From Pirellulales bacterium (GTDB taxonomy: Bacteria; Planctomycetota; Planctomycetia; Pirellulales; Thermoguttaceae): a DNA stretch of 25,998 nucleotides. The notes beneath the pieces are model-generated. The model worked only from the letters and a program-made list of their open reading frames with translations. It had not been told where the DNA came from and searched no databases. Positions 21,703-25,998 of the stretch are shown in pieces. Position numbers and translations under genes: made by a program. Position 1 is the first letter of the stretch, and each line of letters begins with the position of its first letter. Location: the NCBI GenBank assembly GCA_030607895.1, contig JAUWJC010000001.1:1-25998 (forward strand), written 5' to 3'.

Positions 21703-24174
21703 ATGTTGCCCTTGTTTGCCGCCGAAGGTGTGACGCGGACTACGTTCGAATGGGGACGTATCCAGTCTAACGCCGATTGGATCCTGCCGGTCGGCGCGTG
21801 CCTGGCTATCATGATGTTTGTCCGCTGGATGTATCGCCGCGACGCGGTGGAACTGGGACCCGTGCTCGGATGGCTCCTGACCGCGCTGCGCACGGTGGCC
21901 TTCCTGGGACTGTTGATTCTCTACCTTCAGCCCCAGTGGCGGACGCAGCGCGAGGTGGTGCGCAACTCCCGGGTGGTGCTCCTGGTCGACATGAGCCTGA
22001 GCATGGGCCTGAGCGATGAGGTTGGCGGCACGTCGAGCCGTGCGCGGCAAATCGCCGCAACGTTGGAGAAGACCGACTTGCTGCCACAGCTTCGCAAGAC
22101 GCACGATGTAGTGGTGATGCGATTCGACGAGGACATCAAGCAGGTCATCTCGCTCGACAAGCTCGACCCCAAACCGGCCACGGACGCCGAGTCGGCCAAG
22201 CCGAAACAACTCCCCGCCAAGAAAACGCCCGGCAAGAAGATCGCTGCCGAGAAAATCGACTGGCACGACTCCTTGGCCCCGTCCGGCACGGAGACCCGGC
22301 TGGGCCAGGCACTTGGCCAATTGGGTCGCGACCAGCGCAGCGCGCCGATTTCGGGAATCGTGGTGTTTACCGACGGCGGTCAGAACGCCGGCATTGCCCC
22401 CAGGGCCGCCACGGCCGCCGCACGCGAGGCCAAAATGCCCATCTTCACCGTCGGAATCGGCTCCGACCGACGCCCGGTCAACGTGCGCGTAAGCGACTTG
22501 ATTGCCCCGGCGCGGGCTTATCCGGGCGATCAGTACACGGTAACGGGTTTCATTCAGGCCCAGGGGTTGGCCGGCCGGGTGATTACCGTCGAATTGCTCG
22601 CTCGCGATGCCGACTCCGGCCCGGCCGCTTCCCAATCCGGTACCGGAACGTTGGTCGAAAGCCAGGAAATCACTCTCGGAGCCGACGGAGAAGTGCTGCC
22701 GGTGAAGTTCGAGTTGACTCCCGACGAGACCGGCCGACGCACGCTCTGCCTGCGAGTCCAGGCGCCGCGGGCCGACCGCAACCCGAACGACAACCACCGC
22801 GAGGCCGACGTCGAAATCGTCGATCGCAAGAACCGCGTGTTGTTGTTTGCCGGCGGGCCGATGCGCGAATACCGCTTCCTGCGAACCCAACTCCATCGCG
22901 ACAAGTCGGTCACGGTCGACGTCCTGCTGCAAACCGGCCAGCCCGGCATCTCGCAGGAAGCCAACGAGATACTCGACGATTTTCCCATCACCCGGGAGGA
23001 AATGTACGAGTACGATTGCGTCGTGGCCTTCGACCCCGACTGGCAGGCGCTCAGTACGGCTCAAATCGATCTTCTGGAAAGCTGGGTGGCCGAGCAAGGC
23101 GGCGGGTTGATAGTGATCGCCGGACCGATTTTCACCGGCAAGCCGATCAACGGCTGGGTGCAAGACGAGCAGATGGCGAAGATCAGGGCACTTTATCCGG
23201 TTGAATTCCACCATCGGTTCTCGATGTTTGAAGGCGCGAGCTACGTGGTTCGGGAACCCTGGCCGCTGGACTTTACGCGCGAAGGGATGGATGCCGAGTT
23301 CCTCTGGCTGGCCGACACGGCCACAAGCAGCCAGCAGGCGTGGGCCGGCTTTGCCGGCGTGTACAGTCACTTCCCGGTCCCTGGCCCCCAGCCGGCCGCC
23401 ACGGTGTTGGCCCGATTCTCCGATCCGAGAACGGGCCAAGACGACACGCTGCCGATCTTCCTTGCCGGACAGTTCTATGGTTCCGGCAGGGTCTTCTACC
23501 TGGGTAGCGGCGAAATGTGGCGGCTCCGCCAGGTCGCCGACACTTACTTCGAGAAGTTTTACACCAAGCTCATACGCCACGTCTCGCAGGGCCGGCTCCT
23601 GCGAGGTTCTAGCCGCGGCGTGCTGCTTGTCGCTCGCGATCGATACCTACTGGGCAGCACCGTCGAGGTCCGCGCGCGGTTGACCAACGCGCGGCTCGAA
23701 CCGCTCGACGCACCTAGCGTGGCCCTCGAGGTCGTGCGGCCGGCCGGCAAGGTCGAGACCGTTACCTTGCGGCCCGACCCCACCCGGGCAGGAACCTTCG
23801 CCGGACGCTTCACCGCCCTGGCCGAAGGCGCCTATCGACTGGAACTGCCCGTGCCCGAAAGCGACGACGAAAGGCTCACACGCCGAATTCAAGTCAAGAT
23901 GCCCGACCTGGAACGCGAGAATCCCCAACGCAATGACGCGCTTCTGAGCGAAATCGCCCGAAACACCCACGGGAAGTACTACGTGGGTGTCAAGGCGGCC
24001 TTGGCCGGGAAGCCCCCGCTGGTGACCCAGTTGAAGGACCGGACCCGAACCCGAATCCTCCCCGCCGCACCCAACCCCCTCTGGGAAGAAACCTGGATGC
24101 GCTGGATGATGTATACATTGTGCAGCCTGTTGTGTCTCGAATGGTTGATCAGACGATTGGTAAAATTGGCGTAG
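21703..24174 (+). CDS. Membrane-anchored vWA domain protein with class I GATase-like C-terminal region
   Basis: Two N-terminal TM helices, MIDAS DMSLS, VFTDGGQN, GGGLIVIAGP, GSGRVFYLGSGEMWRLR and a C-terminal LCLEWLIRR anchor. Start placed at ATG 21703 (the ORF-track start lies in the repeat). Confidence 0.88.
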   Translation: MLPLFAAEGVTRTTFEWGRIQSNADWILPVGACLAIMMFVRWMYRRDAVELGPVLGWLLTALRTVAFLGLLILYLQPQWRTQREVVRNSRVVLLVDMSLSMGLSDEVGGTSSRARQIAATLEKTDLLPQLRKTHDVVVMRFDEDIKQVISLDKLDPKPATDAESAKPKQLPAKKTPGKKIAAEKIDWHDSLAPSGTETRLGQALGQLGRDQRSAPISGIVVFTDGGQNAGIAPRAATAAAREAKMPIFTVGIGSDRRPVNVRVSDLIAPARAYPGDQYTVTGFIQAQGLAGRVITVELLARDADSGPAASQSGTGTLVESQEITLGADGEVLPVKFELTPDETGRRTLCLRVQAPRADRNPNDNHREADVEIVDRKNRVLLFAGGPMREYRFLRTQLHRDKSVTVDVLLQTGQPGISQEANEILDDFPITREEMYEYDCVVAFDPDWQALSTAQIDLLESWVAEQGGGLIVIAGPIFTGKPINGWVQDEQMAKIRALYPVEFHHRFSMFEGASYVVREPWPLDFTREGMDAEFLWLADTATSSQQAWAGFAGVYSHFPVPGPQPAATVLARFSDPRTGQDDTLPIFLAGQFYGSGRVFYLGSGEMWRLRQVADTYFEKFYTKLIRHVSQGRLLRGSSRGVLLVARDRYLLGSTVEVRARLTNARLEPLDAPSVALEVVRPAGKVETVTLRPDPTRAGTFAGRFTALAEGAYRLELPVPESDDERLTRRIQVKMPDLERENPQRNDALLSEIARNTHGKYYVGVKAALAGKPPLVTQLKDRTRTRILPAAPNPLWEETWMRWMMYTLCSLLCLEWLIRRLVKLA

Positions 24175-24198
24175 GGTGGGTCGAGGTACGAGACCCAC
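24171..24198 (+). repeat. GTAG-type REP-like hairpin overlapping the stop codon
   Basis: GTAG (its TAG is the stop at 24172-24174) followed by GTGGGTC-N9-GACCCAC. Confidence 0.65.
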
Positions 24199-24249
24199 GC
24201 TCGAAAAACCAACACGCGATGCCTGCTACGTGTCTCATGTGACAGCCCG

Positions 24250-25998
24250 ATGGCAACGACCGACATCCAACAAGAAGAACCGAGACTGGCGCCGGAAATC
24301 CAGGCCATGCTCCGCGCGCTGCGCCGCCGGGTGAGACAGTACGTCTGGGTCGAGGGGCTTACCACGGCCATCGCTTCCCTTGGCGTGGCGTTCTGGGGTA
24401 GCCTGGCCATCGATTGGTTCTTCGAGCCGCCGCCCGTCGTTCGAGGTTTCATCTTGGGACTGGTCGGATTGGCACTCGCCGGCGTGCTCGTCAAGCTGAT
24501 AGGCCGTCGAGCGTTCGTTCGCATGACCGACAGCAACATGGCCATGTTGCTCGAACGCCGCTTCCCTCGGCTTGACGACAGCCTGCTTACGGCAGTCGAT
24601 CTGATCGGCCGCGGCACGGATCACGAGGACTACGACCCGCTGATGCTGGTTCGCACCTGCCGTCAGGCCGCCGCCAATATTGTCGGGCTTCGGTTGGGTA
24701 AGGTGTTCAACCCGGTCCCGCTCCAGCACGGTATCACGGCCGCCGTGCTGATGACTGCCTCGGTGCTCCTATTCGCCGTAACGTTGCCCGACGCATTCGG
24801 CACGTGGACCCGGCGGAGCCTCGCGCTTTCGGAAGAGCTTTGGCCGCGTCGCACGCGATTGGTGGTCGAAGGGTTCGAGGACGGCACCGCCAAGGTCGCG
24901 CGAGGCGCCGACCTCGACCTGGTCGCCAAAGCCGACACGAACATGCCCCTGGTGCCTAAGGTGGTTCACGTCCGCTATCGGACCGAGGGCGGGGCGCGCG
25001 TCCGCGAGGCGATGAATCGGGAAGGCACGGCCGAGCGGGGCAAGGACGGATTCCAGGAGTACTCGTACACCTTCCGCGGCGTGCTGGTGCCGATCCGCTT
25101 CGACGTTGTCGGCGGCGACGACCGCGTGCGCGACCTCAGGATCGACGTGGTCGAGAGCCCAACGATAGTGCAGATGGTGCTGGACTTCGAGTTCCCCAAG
25201 TACATGGGCCGCGCACCGCGCACCGTGCCCGTTACCGGGGTCATGCAGATCCCGCTGGGAACCAACGTAACGATCCGTGCGAAGGCCAACAAGGAGTTGG
25301 TCCGGGTGCAGGTTGATTCGGCCCTGGAAGACGGAGCCAAAAAAGGGACCAGGTTTAATTTGTGCGAAGCACCCTCCGGGCCGTTCCGGCAAATTAAACC
25401 TGGTCCCTTTTTCGGCCCCGGCTCCGATCGCCACGACTTCCGGTACGCACTGGGGAGTCTTCGCAAAGACAAGACGCTGCTGTTCACGCTGTTCGATGCC
25501 GACGGAATCAGAAGTCGCGAGCCGGTCAGGCTGGCTCTGGCCACGGTGGCCGACGAGCCGCCCGAGTTGGCGGTCCAGCTTGCCGGCATCGGCAGCGCCG
25601 TCACGGCCCATGCCCGGCTGCCCGTCGAGGGCCGCGTTACCGACGACTACGGCATCGCCCGAGTTTGGTTCGAACACGTGGTCGATCAAAAGAAGCCCGG
25701 AACCCGGCTTGTCCAATCGCCCGACGGCAATCCCACCGACGTTAAGTTGGACGACGCCCTGGAGGTTCGCGATTTGAAGCTCACGCCGGGCCAGAAGCTG
25801 CTACTCTCGGTCAAGTCAGCCGACCGGTTCGATTTAGCCAAGCAGCCGAACATTGGCAGCAGTCAACGGTGGCTGTTGGACGTCGTCACGCCCGAGCAAC
25901 TTCGCACCATGCTCCAATCGCGCGAGTTGGTGCTTCGCCAGCGATTCGAGATGATCATCCACGAAGTGACCGACACGGGCGACTCGCTCCTGCGAATC
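24250..25998 (+). CDS. Large membrane protein, DUF4175-like (partial, runs off the window)
   Basis: Frame is open from ATG 24250 to the window end (translated by hand, not in the ORF track). N-terminal TM helices, LERRFPRLDDSLLTAV, Ig-like segments and a DDYG motif. Confidence 0.8.
   Translation, partial: MATTDIQQEEPRLAPEIQAMLRALRRRVRQYVWVEGLTTAIASLGVAFWGSLAIDWFFEPPPVVRGFILGLVGLALAGVLVKLIGRRAFVRMTDSNMAMLLERRFPRLDDSLLTAVDLIGRGTDHEDYDPLMLVRTCRQAAANIVGLRLGKVFNPVPLQHGITAAVLMTASVLLFAVTLPDAFGTWTRRSLALSEELWPRRTRLVVEGFEDGTAKVARGADLDLVAKADTNMPLVPKVVHVRYRTEGGARVREAMNREGTAERGKDGFQEYSYTFRGVLVPIRFDVVGGDDRVRDLRIDVVESPTIVQMVLDFEFPKYMGRAPRTVPVTGVMQIPLGTNVTIRAKANKELVRVQVDSALEDGAKKGTRFNLCEAPSGPFRQIKPGPFFGPGSDRHDFRYALGSLRKDKTLLFTLFDADGIRSREPVRLALATVADEPPELAVQLAGIGSAVTAHARLPVEGRVTDDYGIARVWFEHVVDQKKPGTRLVQSPDGNPTDVKLDDALEVRDLKLTPGQKLLLSVKSADRFDLAKQPNIGSSQRWLLDVVTPEQLRTMLQSRELVLRQRFEMIIHEVTDTGDSLLRI
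25339..25413. repeat. 75-bp palindromic element inserted in frame in coding sequence (copy 2, opposite orientation)
   Basis: 23-bp IR 25340-25362 / 25390-25412. The core is the reverse complement of the copy 1 core with 1 mismatch; encodes KKGTRFNLCEAPSGPFRQIKPGPFF. Confidence 0.9.

Noticed and set aside
12400-23580. Long antisense ORFs (12400-13674, 17433-18578, 19416-20837, 21694-23580 and others)
   Set aside because: Antisense shadows of well-supported GC-rich genes, with no recognisable motifs.

Overview
GC-rich bacterial chromosomal window, most likely from a planctomycete (Pirellulales-like). That assignment is inferred from gene families and repeat style, not from a search. Left part: trpS, pyrD, a small putative lipoprotein, an HU/IHF gene and an RraA-family aldolase, all on the minus strand. 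Middle: a two-gene unit encoding a fused E1-alpha/beta 2-oxoacid dehydrogenase and, overlapping its stop codon, a lipoyl domain fused to a FabH/KAS III enzyme. No E2 acyltransferase or E3 is present in the window. This is the best candidate for an undescribed system: direct, possibly CoA-independent hand-off of an acyl primer from a 2-oxoacid to a ketosynthase. It is followed by a NanA-like aldolase and a second, divergent HU. Right part: a plus-strand envelope cluster (large TPR/beta-propeller protein, secreted squalene-cyclase-repeat protein, MoxR, DUF58, BatA/vWA, vWA, and a membrane protein truncated by the window edge). Almost every intergenic gap holds palindromic REP/MITE-like elements or heptamer arrays. 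Several have entered coding sequence: a 75-bp palindrome sits in frame in two proteins, and repeats overlap or replace stop codons. No transposase, rRNA, tRNA or CRISPR array was seen.
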